From the NCBI GenBank assembly GCA_944393585.1, contig CALYAR010000073.1, forward strand, positions 1-48,971: 48,971 nt of DNA, in the 5' to 3' direction. Positions 7,501-15,198 of this stretch are shown in pieces (the first letter of the stretch is position 1; every line of letters starts with the position of its first letter). A program made the position numbers and the translations under genes. Under the pieces are notes generated by a model that worked only from the letters and a program-made list of their open reading frames with translations, did not search any database and was not told the DNA's origin. The stretch comes from an uncultured Clostridia bacterium. GTDB taxonomy: Bacteria > Bacillota > Clostridia > CALYAR01.

Positions 7501-9921
7501 TTTGTTCTGACTGACGCTACGCTTGGTAAGGCAGGCTTCCGCACGATGACGCTTGCAACGCAAAGTGCAGGGGAAGCCGTTCCGACTACAGAGCGCGATT
7601 TGTGGATGTACTACGGCAGAACATATGAAAAAGCATCACATGGCCATAAAGATGCTTTAAATATTGGATTGCATGCGTTTGGGATCGATTTAATGCCAGA
7701 TCTGGGATATCCGCGTTTTGCCGATGAAAATGATAAACACCGCCGGTCTTTGGTAGGCAATACAACCGCTCATAATACGGTTATGGTCAACAATACCCAG
7801 CAGACCGGGCAGATTGTCGGACAGCCGGAGCATTTTGATTCCACTGATTTTGTCAAGCTGTTTGATGTCTCCGATGAAGCCGCCTACAGCGGTGTAACCG
7901 ATCAGTACCGCCGTACCTCGGCGATGATCCGGATTGACGAGGAGAACAGTTATGTGATCGATCTGTTCCGCGTTTCCGGCGGAAATACCCATCGTTACAG
8001 CTTCCACGGGGCAGAGACCAGCGGCATTGAAACGACGGGGCTTGATCTGATCAAACAGGCGGATGCAGACGGCAATTATGTCGGGACATTGGCCGGATCG
8101 GATCAGCCGTATCCGGATAACTGTGATGTGGAAGACTTGACCGGAGCCAGATATTTCTTCAATATCGATACGCAGGAAGGTGAGATAGGCAGCTTTACAG
8201 CTGATTACAGCATTTTGGATACTTGGAATGTTTTGGGCGAAGGAACCAGCATGCCAACGGATATCCATCTCAAGCTCACCATGCTCGGAGATTTTGATAA
8301 GGTGACTTTGGCCGACGCAAAACCGCCGGAAAATAAACCAGGAAACCCATCTGCACTGCGTTATGTCTTTGCCGAGCGCAGCGGTGTGGATCTCGACAGC
8401 TGCTTTACCGCTGTGATTGAACCGTACCGCGGCGAAAGCAACATCGCGTCGATTGAAGCCCTGACCGTAATGGATGGCGCATCCGAAGCTTCTGATATGG
8501 ATGTGCGTGCGGTGAAAGTAACATTGACCAACGGCCGTGTGGATTATATTATCAACGCGCTGGATGAAAGCAAGGAATATACCGTAGTGGACGGCGATGT
8601 CACAATTCCGTTCCAGGGATTCTTCGGTGTTTACAGCAAGGACAGTGAAGACAGTGAGACTTCCCGCTATTACCTGAATGACGGAACCAGAATTGCAGAT
8701 GCGACCAATGAAGGAGTTGCAGCTGTCACAGGTACTGTAACCGATTTTACAAAAGAATTGGCAGTGGAGAATACCATTACCATTCAGGCCAATGAAGCGG
8801 TTGATCCCGCTGATCTGGCAGGGAAATATATCTATATTGAAAATGACGGAACCTATAACGCTGCTTACCGTATTATATCTGCTTCGGAAGGCGGAAATGG
8901 ATCGATTATTCTTGATATTGGAGATGTTACCCCAATCCGCGGCTATGTAGACAGCAATGATTTTAATCAGGGCTTTGTTTATGATATTACGGAGGGCAAA
9001 GCGTTCCAAATTCCTCTTTCAGCAAACAACAATCTGGCTCCGTCTGCTGTTGCTCTTTCCTATGATACGGTTATCAATACCGGCGGAGGAAACGATCTGG
9101 TGGGTACCTTTACTGTGACAGATCCGGATGATTCCGAATGGACAATTTCCCTGCCTGCGGAAGAAGAAAACTTTAAAATCATTGGAAACAGCCTGTATCT
9201 GGCAAAAAGTGTGGCGGCAGGAGAATATGCAGTCGAAGTAACAGTGGAGGACAGCGCAGGAAATAAGCTCGTACAGGAATTCACAGTTACCGTTGAAAAC
9301 AAAACTCCTTCCGGCGAAGAAGAGGAAGTGCCTCCGAATTCGCCAAGACCTGGAAAAGACGAGGAAGATGATACGATATCGTTTACTGATTTGCCGGACG
9401 ATCACTGGGCGGCAGAAGCAATTCTTGCTTTGGCAGAGGACGGTATCATTGCCGGATATGTAGACGATACAGTAAGACCGGGCAATAACGCTACGAGAGC
9501 CGAGTTTACTTCGATGATGTCGAGATTGCTTGGACTCAGGGGAGTCGGAGAGCTTCCCTTTGCCGACACAGATGAAAATGCCTGGTATGCTGAAGATGTT
9601 TCAGCTGCTGTAGCGGAAGGTCTGGTCGTTGGATGGGATGGCAATTTCCGTCCAGACGAAACCATTACCCGGGAAGAGGCAATGGTAATCGTTGCAAAAG
9701 CCATAGAACGCTATGGCGTGGAACCGGTTGGTGATTTATCGTGCCTGGAGGCATTTTCGGATGCCGGACAGATTTCCGATTGGGCAGCTGAGTTCGCTGC
9801 AACACTGGTTTCCAATGGAATTATTGTTGGTTTTGACGGAGAGATCATGCCCAAAGCCAATATTACACGGGCTGAGATTGCAGTGATCCTTTACCAGATG
9901 AAAACGAAATATTCCATTTAA
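1597..9921 (+). CDS. Giant secreted SLH-anchored multidomain protein with a heparinase II/III-like (putative polysaccharide lyase) core
   Basis: ATG at 1597 follows the AAGGAGG RBS; the ORF-track start at 1546 is an in-frame leader read-through. Signal peptide MRSKTLKKGLSWLLCAAMLLTTAPVFA/AP. Domain order:
- two tandem right-handed beta-helix modules (about 1711-2730 and 2746-3735; NNIF/NNLF repeats, each ending in IGAFE/IGAYE)
- an SbsA-type Ig-like domain (about 3766-4050)
- a LamG/concanavalin-like domain (about 4075-4620)
- Big_2 repeats (about 4720-5547)
- an alginate-lyase/heparinase II/III-like core (HGHKDALNIGLHAFGIDLMPDLGYPRF...HNTVMVN)
- a cadherin-like repeat
- three C-terminal SLH repeats (about 9376-9918). 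Confidence 0.9.
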   Translation: MRSKTLKKGLSWLLCAAMLLTTAPVFAAPEDGGDEPVPKTVYVALNGNDTAGTGAKDTPFATLQKGLDALSDGDTLYIGEGTYTGEGVISDKDNITITGPDAGEAVLTAAGTQGIGLITANNCENLNITKLTINPTRGTAGEGVSPGFYYNAIQFNGCVAPQVSYCKIDGAGDGSGIYAIGNTTGAAIHHNVFSNTRGYSYGCNIATDGKIYNNIFASGERGIWLYNESNSNFIANNTFLNHVNGDFIYYNTLTTGNTFQNNIFASSTAIGEVGGKNDVVSVRDILEQNTFQNNLFRGISESDMIAKDADGTEVTFAEAAALDSFSGNLIDDPLFLDSTIGTIAKNSPCAGAGAAVDDITDDYDGTARANPPAIGAFEPSDEVKLDVYYVDAENGSDDNLGDEERPFQTVEKGIASLSNGKSLVIAAGTYELTGPVTVSASNVTIQGDSNGGTTFSKVFSNGGAALQINGSNNEIKHINFISDKASSSSTPFTIDANAADNLKIHDCTFSSDANVSIRFTGSSDVQIYNNVFTGTAESCIYVNGENSGSSIYNNLFQSGQRGVSLYNAANDNMIVSNTFVSNTVYDIGYYNATPQGNLIQNNILTKGFGELDNVKPMADFLNNNTFCNNLFHVTDGAAVIAQDGSNHQFTFDQAEALESFQNNLAADPNYVGGGDYSLADGSPAIDAGLAVDFVATDILGNSRDGLPDIGAYENQNAVSNFNTVSSAIPAAKQPLDEGIVISFTKPVDLTSLEGKITLVPASGGDALGVTVQAAGSSILITPNVALAADTAYQLTIAARVSAADGDILKTPYVRTFTTASAQAEDASLQIGTLKSSYGRAHTKVPALSGDYTISFDYYYPSADALNDFWVFAAYSEEVIKGVDRELSGGPLSPQIKQTGARMTFTLDGKGYNLPYSFQGDTWYHLTLKFENGTFSFYINGVKQTFSNGETELEYPEDQVINYIGYLGDLTGKSKVHDGMAYYDNFVIRQNGEVIFQEDFQSGKTLDQLDGWFSSPIGEQVVDEDWTNFVGVSAENNREPAEIVSISLQGENGRTGFMVGTSGNLTFQALDSNGNPVVLAGNLYEVVSKNTDILKMEEIEEGVFQATGVSAGDTEVVVKAILDGKYFEKTVPVLVTDTAELCNLIFADEFLTLLVGNSANPVIQTVKTDGSLESISVQGMTIESLHPDIAAAAADGDSLKVTGVAAGNTAIRLTLNSNGRNYTAELPVRVLTLDRIEASVNSTELYVGDTTSVSVTAYAADGTPIADSSLAISLSSDSDCVDVVEGKLVAKAVGSAKITVSAAFGDVTRTAEVSVNVNELDPAKERATIYTDEDRANARENIEKYGWASDIQQSAINSAETYLNMDNETLWGMVTSQMIPRSYAVTSPQTVGCLNCGSAVNDYGNYPYVIDSIGKPWKLTCPNCKMVFPTNDFEAYYEGGLDENGLFNPDLAKAHNDELIAQGEPGNLVNILYPEKGESWGVDDGTGYIAEDGQKYTFVAYYNHEGLWHGGAIVNALTALRDAYLYTGDVAYANKGVILLDRIADVYPDLDLDIWNYQDGYLNSNGNSNRGKAIGSIWETSLAQAFLEAYDAFYPALADDAEEPCTEALNFLATKNSGKANAARVRVNIEDGIVREIFPAVQRGEIRGNSGMHQATLAYAAVVLDSMPESQEWLDFDFQAGTTTAYAVTGGNISAELINSVDRDGHGNEGAPGYNSLWLGNYLEVADVLDGYTINGTEISYDLYDNVKFRKMFSSMYPLILSTDYSPSIGDTGTAGGKSLQVTLANMVKAFSKFGDTEYAQVAYLLNANSSDNIKLGIFDKDPEAIAAQIQNIIDTEGEIDLGATNLTGFGFTALRDGEPGTTVQVTGDEYVFSNLPHTESVLTKYFDSNSTLQLEASQEGDYIEFTFQSESAGSRVLYINMWTAGTYGIYDVYVNGTKLEDPLSFLGSGIQVRKAGTVDIAEGTNTIRFVLTDATLGKAGFRTMTLATQSAGEAVPTTERDLWMYYGRTYEKASHGHKDALNIGLHAFGIDLMPDLGYPRFADENDKHRRSLVGNTTAHNTVMVNNTQQTGQIVGQPEHFDSTDFVKLFDVSDEAAYSGVTDQYRRTSAMIRIDEENSYVIDLFRVSGGNTHRYSFHGAETSGIETTGLDLIKQADADGNYVGTLAGSDQPYPDNCDVEDLTGARYFFNIDTQEGEIGSFTADYSILDTWNVLGEGTSMPTDIHLKLTMLGDFDKVTLADAKPPENKPGNPSALRYVFAERSGVDLDSCFTAVIEPYRGESNIASIEALTVMDGASEASDMDVRAVKVTLTNGRVDYIINALDESKEYTVVDGDVTIPFQGFFGVYSKDSEDSETSRYYLNDGTRIADATNEGVAAVTGTVTDFTKELAVENTITIQANEAVDPADLAGKYIYIENDGTYNAAYRIISASEGGNGSIILDIGDVTPIRGYVDSNDFNQGFVYDITEGKAFQIPLSANNNLAPSAVALSYDTVINTGGGNDLVGTFTVTDPDDSEWTISLPAEEENFKIIGNSLYLAKSVAAGEYAVEVTVEDSAGNKLVQEFTVTVENKTPSGEEEEVPPNSPRPGKDEEDDTISFTDLPDDHWAAEAILALAEDGIIAGYVDDTVRPGNNATRAEFTSMMSRLLGLRGVGELPFADTDENAWYAEDVSAAVAEGLVVGWDGNFRPDETITREEAMVIVAKAIERYGVEPVGDLSCLEAFSDAGQISDWAAEFAATLVSNGIIVGFDGEIMPKANITRAEIAVILYQMKTKYSI

Positions 9922-9942
9922 TCGCTTTACCTCCCCATTTTT

Positions 9943-9982
9943 AATTCCGGGATGCTCATTTGAGCAGCCCGGAATTTTTTTA
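9943..9982 (+). terminator. Rho-independent terminator of the giant gene
   Basis: Near-perfect hairpin AATTCCGGGATGCTCA/TGAGCAGCCCGGAATT followed by a T7 run, 22 nt after the stop codon. Confidence 0.8.
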
Positions 9983-10312
9983 TAACATATTAGGAAGACT
10001 GTGGATATTATTGATTGACTGCTGAATTGGGGTCTCCTTCTGATTGGAGGGTTTGACAAAGCAGAAGAAAGCAAATAAAATATATTTGATTGGAATTATT
10101 TGAAAACATCTGCTTTCGAAAGCTCAGAAATGGATCGGTCCAGGAATTGCCTGTCAAGCGGAGTTTTCAAAAACAAAAAACGATGGACAGATGTACGGAG
10201 CAGATCCTGCACTTTGAACGGCCCAAAATGCTCTGAAAGAACGCAAAAATGCGGATAGCCTGCGTAACCGGGAAATTCGGCAATATTATGAGACAGAAAG
10301 AAGGGTAAATGT

Positions 10313-11206
10313 ATGTATAACCCGCAACTGGATACTTTTCTATGTGTGGCAGAATCAGGAAGTTTTAATAAGGCTGCTGAAAAGCTGTTCATCTCCCCGC
10401 CGGCTGTCATCAAACAGATTAATCTTTTGGAAGAGAGCTTGAATTTGCAGCTTTTTGTGCGCACTCACCGCGGATTGGTTTTGACCGAAGCCGGGAAATC
10501 CTTGTTTCAGGATGTCAAATACATCATTCAATATTGTAAGGATTCCGTAACTCGTGCCAGGAACGCCATGCAGGAAAGCACGGATGTCATCCGAATCGGC
10601 ACTTCACCTATGACTCCGGCCCAGGTGTTGGTGGATTTGTGGCCCAAGCTGCAGGCATACTGTCCTAACATAAAGTTCCAGCTCATTCCCTTCGACAATA
10701 CTCCGGAGAATGCACGCGAGATTTTAGCTAATTTGGGACAGAATATCGATGTGGTGGCAGGTATTTTCGATCGGACTATGTTGACCCTCCGTCAATGTGC
10801 AGGACTGGAGCTTTCCAGAGAGCCCATCTGCTGCGCCGTGTCGGTCCACCATCGGCTGGCCCAAAAGGAAAAGCTTACAGTTCAGGATTTGTATGGAGAA
10901 AACTTAATGCTCATGCGCCGGAATTGGAGTCATTATGTGGATCTGCTGCGCGACGATCTCTGGAAGAACCACCCGCAGATCCATATTGTAGATTTTAATT
11001 TTTACGATGTAGCGGTCTTTAACCAATGTGAGAACAACAACTGTGTGCTGATGGCCGTGGAAAACTGGCGGTATGTACATCCGCTGCTGAAAATTATGCC
11101 GGTGGATTGGGGCTACTCCATTCCCTTTGGGTTATTGCATTCTCCTCAGCCTTCTTCCACGGTTAAACAATTTCTGCGCGCAGTGGAAAAGACATTAAAA
11201 GCATAA
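10313..11206 (+). CDS. LysR family transcriptional regulator
   Basis: N-terminal HTH LDTFLCVAESGSFNKAAEKLFISPPAVIKQINLLEESL plus a LysR substrate-binding domain. AGAAGGG RBS. Length is 297 aa. Confidence 0.9.
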   Translation: MYNPQLDTFLCVAESGSFNKAAEKLFISPPAVIKQINLLEESLNLQLFVRTHRGLVLTEAGKSLFQDVKYIIQYCKDSVTRARNAMQESTDVIRIGTSPMTPAQVLVDLWPKLQAYCPNIKFQLIPFDNTPENAREILANLGQNIDVVAGIFDRTMLTLRQCAGLELSREPICCAVSVHHRLAQKEKLTVQDLYGENLMLMRRNWSHYVDLLRDDLWKNHPQIHIVDFNFYDVAVFNQCENNNCVLMAVENWRYVHPLLKIMPVDWGYSIPFGLLHSPQPSSTVKQFLRAVEKTLKA

Positions 11207-11248
11207 ACCGATTAACACTATTAACCTTTTGGTATAAACTGAATAACG

Positions 11249-11282
11249 AATCGAGACTTCTGCGGAGGTCTCGATTTTTTTA
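11249..11282 (+). terminator. Rho-independent terminator after the LysR gene
   Basis: Stem AATCGAGAC/GTCTCGATT followed by a T-run. Confidence 0.75.
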
Positions 11283-11320
11283 TAATGAGATTAACAGGAA
11301 TACGAAAGACGGGTGAGAAA

Positions 11321-12352
11321 ATGAAAAAGAAATCGGTCCTTGCCGCGGCACTCTGTTTGGTACTTTGTTTCACCGGATGCAGCGGAGGCCAGCGACCTGG
11401 AATAACCAGCGAGACTCAATCGGCCGAGAGCAGCCGGCAGGAAACTGGAGGAGAAGATTCCATGCAGCCAGCAAATGGTGCCGGCGAACCCTTTACGGTG
11501 GATACCACAATCGAGGAAGTTGTAAATGAGCCTGTGTTTGGAGACTACGGCCGGCTGATCTTTCCGGTAGACAGCGGCTACTACAGCGGAGATACTCTCG
11601 GAGACCTCCGCCTCACTTGGTATAACAACATTGACCCGGAAAAGACGGTGGAGATCGTCAATTACCTGAAAGAGCATGCAGAAGCAGGTGATACTGTATT
11701 TTATGACATTTACACCGAAGAAGAAAAGGCGGAGGATCCGGGAAAAGAGGATACAGGACTTTTCTTCTTCCGGGGAGACGCGGGTGCTCCTTTTGCTGTG
11801 TGCAGCGCCGGAGGCGGATTTGCATATGTGGGAGCCATGCAGGATAGTTTTCCGCATGCACTGGAATTATCAAAACGAGGCTACAATGCCTTTGCTCTGA
11901 TTTACCGCCCCGGTGCGCAGACCGCCTGCGAAGACCTGGCGCGGGCCATCAGCTTTATCTTTGAACATGCCGAAGAGCTGCAGGTGGACACCGAATGCTA
12001 CTCGCTTTGGGGCGGTTCGGCCGGAGCAAGGATGGCGGCATGGCTGGGTTCCTACGGCCCGGCAGCATTCGGCGGCGATGACCTGCCTCAGCCTGGTGCA
12101 GTCATTATGCAGTACACTGGACATACCGATTACACCGAAAACGATCCGCCCACCTTTGCCTGCGTGGGAGAAAATGACGCAATCGCCAACTGGCATACCA
12201 TGGAGCGGCGTATTCAGGAGCTGGATGCACTGGGAATTCCAACTGAATTTCATCATTATCCGGGCCTGCACCATGGTTTTGGCCTAGGCACCGGCACCGC
12301 GGCCGAAGGATGGCTGGACCAGGCGGTTGCCTTTTGGGAAGCGCAGATGTGA
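11321..12352 (+). CDS. Exported lipoprotein, alpha/beta hydrolase (esterase/lipase-like)
   Basis: ATG at 11321 gives MKKKSVLAAALCLVLCFTGC (lipobox). A Ser nucleophile motif LWGGSAGA and a C-terminal HHGFG are present. The ORF-track start at 11285 adds 12 aa ahead of the signal peptide. Confidence 0.85.
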   Translation: MKKKSVLAAALCLVLCFTGCSGGQRPGITSETQSAESSRQETGGEDSMQPANGAGEPFTVDTTIEEVVNEPVFGDYGRLIFPVDSGYYSGDTLGDLRLTWYNNIDPEKTVEIVNYLKEHAEAGDTVFYDIYTEEEKAEDPGKEDTGLFFFRGDAGAPFAVCSAGGGFAYVGAMQDSFPHALELSKRGYNAFALIYRPGAQTACEDLARAISFIFEHAEELQVDTECYSLWGGSAGARMAAWLGSYGPAAFGGDDLPQPGAVIMQYTGHTDYTENDPPTFACVGENDAIANWHTMERRIQELDALGIPTEFHHYPGLHHGFGLGTGTAAEGWLDQAVAFWEAQM

Positions 12353-12438
12353 GTTTTTAATTTTATTGTTGTAGAAAACTTTATGCAAATGCAGTTCAGC
12401 TATCCCAGCATTTGCTAAAGAAGAAAAGGAAGTTTGAT

Positions 12439-13269
12439 ATGAAAAAAGTAATGATTTTGACAGGAGCGGGCCAGATCGGCATGGCGATAGCCCGCAGAAT
12501 GGGAGCGGGCATGAAAATTGCGATCGGCGACAAAAATCCGAAAAATGCGGAGAATACCGCTGGGATTATGAAAGATGCGGGGGTTGACACGATGGCTATG
12601 GAGATGGATCTCTCTTCCCGCAAGTCCATTCAGGATCTGATTGCGAAGGCACAAGAATACGGCGATATTGCCATGCTGGTCAACGCTGCGGGAGTCTCTC
12701 CCAGCCAGGCCCCGATTGAGACAATTTTGAAGGTGGATTTATATGGCACTGCTGTTTTGCTGGAGGAAGTGGGAAAAGTGATTGTTTCCGGCGGCACAGG
12801 GGTAACCATTTCCAGTCAGTCAGGTTACCGAATGCCTGCTCTTTCCCCAAAACAGGATGAACAGCTTGCCTGTACTCCTGCGGAGAAACTGCTTGAACTA
12901 GATATACTTCAGCCGGAGAATATCCGGGACACGCTTCATGCCTATCAGCTGGCAAAGCGGTGCAATGAAAAACGGGTTATGGCCGAAGCGGTCAAATGGG
13001 GCGAAAGGGGAGCACGCCTCAACTCTATCTCTCCGGGAATCGTAGTAACGCCTTTGGCCATTGACGAATTCAACGGACCGCGCGGAGATTTTTATCAGAA
13101 CATGTTTGAAAAATGCCCGGCGGGCCGCCCTGGCACAGCGGATGAGATTGCCAATGTAGCAGAGTTGTTGATGAGCGAAAAGGGCGCATTTATTACCGGT
13201 GCGGATTTTCTGATCGACGGCGGCGCTACGGCTTCTTACTTTTACGGTCCGCTTCGCCCCGGAAAATAA
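12439..13269 (+). CDS. SDR family oxidoreductase
   Basis: MKKVMILTGAGQIGMAIARR (TGxGxIG) and a YQLAK catalytic motif. AAAAGGAAG RBS upstream of the ATG at 12439. Confidence 0.88.
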   Translation: MKKVMILTGAGQIGMAIARRMGAGMKIAIGDKNPKNAENTAGIMKDAGVDTMAMEMDLSSRKSIQDLIAKAQEYGDIAMLVNAAGVSPSQAPIETILKVDLYGTAVLLEEVGKVIVSGGTGVTISSQSGYRMPALSPKQDEQLACTPAEKLLELDILQPENIRDTLHAYQLAKRCNEKRVMAEAVKWGERGARLNSISPGIVVTPLAIDEFNGPRGDFYQNMFEKCPAGRPGTADEIANVAELLMSEKGAFITGADFLIDGGATASYFYGPLRPGK

Positions 13270-13306
13270 AAAGCAAAAAGGATTTCTATGGAAGGAGATG
13301 TGATAG

Positions 13307-14473
13307 ATGAACAACTTTATTTTTCAAAACGCCACAAAGGTCTATTTCGGCCGTGGCTGTGTAAAAGAATATCTCTCCTGTCTGACAGGCCCCTATGATA
13401 CGGTCATGCTGGCCTATGGCGGAGGGTCGATCAAAAAAAACGGCATATATGACGAGGTCGCCGGGATACTGCGCAATGCCGGAAAAAACATTGTGGAGTT
13501 TTCCGGGATTATGGCCAACCCAACCTATGCCAAAGTGCTGGAAGGTGCAAATCTGGCGCGGGAAAGCAAGACGGACATGATTCTTGGGATCGGCGGGGGG
13601 AGCGTGATGGATTGCTGCAAGGCCATTTCTTTGGCCGCACGGTATGAAGGTGATATCTGGGAAGATTTCTGGGCCCGTCCCGGCGTTATCGAGGCGGAGC
13701 CTCTGCCGCTTGGAGTTATCGTCACAGTGGCAGGCACCGGCAGCGAGTGCAATGGCGGCGCAGTCATCACCAACGAAGAGAAGAAAATAAAAACCGGCCG
13801 TGATTATCCGAAACTGAATCCCCGCTTTGCCCTGATGGATCCAACCTATACTTACAGCGTGCCGGTGAAGCAGATGGTGTCCGGCGGATTTGATATTTTA
13901 AGTCATATTATGGAGACCTATTTCAGTGAGCCCAATGAGGATAACGTGTCCGATGATATCATGGAGGCACTGATGAAAAGCGTCATCCGCAACCTGCGGG
14001 CTGCCATTTTAAATCCAGAAGACTATACTGCCCGCAGCAATCTGATGTGGGACTCCACTATGGCAGAAAATCGCATCATCAAAATGGGAAAAAAATGCGA
14101 TTTCGAGTGTCACAATATGGAACATCAGCTTGGGGCCTATACCAACTGTAATCACGGCTGCGGTCTGGCGGTCCTGCATCCGGTGTATTACCGGCATATC
14201 TATAAGGATGGACTTGCCAAGTTTGTCCGGTTTGCGGAAAATGTATGGGGAATTGCCCGTGACGGAATGGATGAGGAGGAACTGGCCCTTGCAGGAATCA
14301 ACGCTTTGGCCGATTTTATCCGGGAAATCGGGCTGCCCGCTGCGTTAAAAGAATTGGGCACTGACCAGGCTCAATTAAAGGAGATTGCCAATTCCTGCGG
14401 CATTTCGGCAGGAAGCTATAAGAAAATGACCCATGAAGAAATCCTGGAAATCTTCCAGGAATGTTATGATTGA
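13307..14473 (+). CDS. Iron-containing alcohol dehydrogenase (butanol dehydrogenase/YqhD-like)
   Basis: Fe-ADH hallmarks GIGGGSVMDCCKAI, VTVAGTGSE and HxxxH (HNMEHQLGAYTNCNHGCGLAVLHP). GGAAGGAG RBS. Confidence 0.92.
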   Translation: MNNFIFQNATKVYFGRGCVKEYLSCLTGPYDTVMLAYGGGSIKKNGIYDEVAGILRNAGKNIVEFSGIMANPTYAKVLEGANLARESKTDMILGIGGGSVMDCCKAISLAARYEGDIWEDFWARPGVIEAEPLPLGVIVTVAGTGSECNGGAVITNEEKKIKTGRDYPKLNPRFALMDPTYTYSVPVKQMVSGGFDILSHIMETYFSEPNEDNVSDDIMEALMKSVIRNLRAAILNPEDYTARSNLMWDSTMAENRIIKMGKKCDFECHNMEHQLGAYTNCNHGCGLAVLHPVYYRHIYKDGLAKFVRFAENVWGIARDGMDEEELALAGINALADFIREIGLPAALKELGTDQAQLKEIANSCGISAGSYKKMTHEEILEIFQECYD

Positions 14474-14487
14474 AAGGAGCACTCACA

Positions 14488-15171
14488 ATGAAAAAATTAA
14501 CCGCAATATTTTTATCACTTATGATGGTATTCAGCCTTGCCGCATGCACCAGCGAAAGCCCTTCCACTCCATCTGCCACACCGGATTCGTCTCCATCGGA
14601 GAGTCCTCAGGCTTCCGAACCGGCAAGCACTCCGTCTTCCTCTGCCGCAGTGGAAAGCGAGCCGCAGCCGGAAACGGATGCTGAAACGGGAAAAACCCTG
14701 GTAGTCTATTTTTCAGCTACCGGCAATACCGAAGCAGCGGCAAACTATATTGCTGAAATCACCGGCGGTGACCTGTTTGAATTAGAGCCTGCAGACCCAT
14801 ACACCAACGAGGATCTGAATTGGAGAGATGAGGACAGCCGGGTGGTATATGAGCATGATAACCCGGATGCCCGTGATGTAGAATTGGTAGCGGATACGGT
14901 GGAGAATTGGGACGAGTATGATACTGTATTTATCGGATATCCGATTTGGTGGGGAATCGCCGCGTGGCCGGTAGATACCTTTGTAGAGGCCAACGATTTT
15001 ACCGGAAAAACCGTCATTCCTTTCTGCACCTCCTCTTCTTCCGGTTTGGGGGCAAGCGGGCAGCTTCTGGCGGAGCTGGCCGGAACCGGCGACTGGCAGG
15101 AAGGGCATCGTTTCTCATCCAGAGTGAGTGAAGAAGACGTGCGGAGCTGGCTGACTGGACTGGGCCTGTAA
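14488..15171 (+). CDS. Exported lipoprotein with a flavodoxin-fold domain (Flavodoxin_4-like), canonical FMN P-loop
   Basis: MKKLTAIFLSLMMVFSLAAC lipobox, then an S/P/E-rich linker. The flavodoxin domain has an intact phosphate loop VVYFSATGNTE and a GYPIWWG aromatic motif. AAAGGAG RBS before the ATG at 14488. Confidence 0.85.
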   Translation: MKKLTAIFLSLMMVFSLAACTSESPSTPSATPDSSPSESPQASEPASTPSSSAAVESEPQPETDAETGKTLVVYFSATGNTEAAANYIAEITGGDLFELEPADPYTNEDLNWRDEDSRVVYEHDNPDARDVELVADTVENWDEYDTVFIGYPIWWGIAAWPVDTFVEANDFTGKTVIPFCTSSSSGLGASGQLLAELAGTGDWQEGHRFSSRVSEEDVRSWLTGLGL

Positions 15172-15198
15172 GAAAATGACGGAAAGGAGACATACCCG

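Noticed and set aside
7690-9009. A 439-aa minus-strand ORF, plus similar long antisense ORFs at 15706..16881, 20168..21205, 40042..40887, 33234..33785 and 45276..45806.
   Set aside because: All lie fully inside well-supported + strand genes with clear domain signatures. Their translations are low-complexity (rich in I, R, S, C and F) with no recognisable motifs and no RBS. They are typical shadow ORFs.
10096-10464. A minus-strand ORF divergent from the first LysR gene, which could have been the classic divergent LysR target.
   Set aside because: Its only start codons lie inside the LysR coding region. The part outside LysR (10096-10312) has no ATG, GTG or TTG with an RBS, so no functional divergent gene can be supported.
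14530-14700. S/P/E/A-rich stretches after each lipobox (also about 25225-25345, 26385-26560 and 28215-28350), considered as nucleotide tandem repeats.
   Set aside because: They are compositionally biased linker regions without a repeating nucleotide unit. They are not tandem repeats or a CRISPR-like array.
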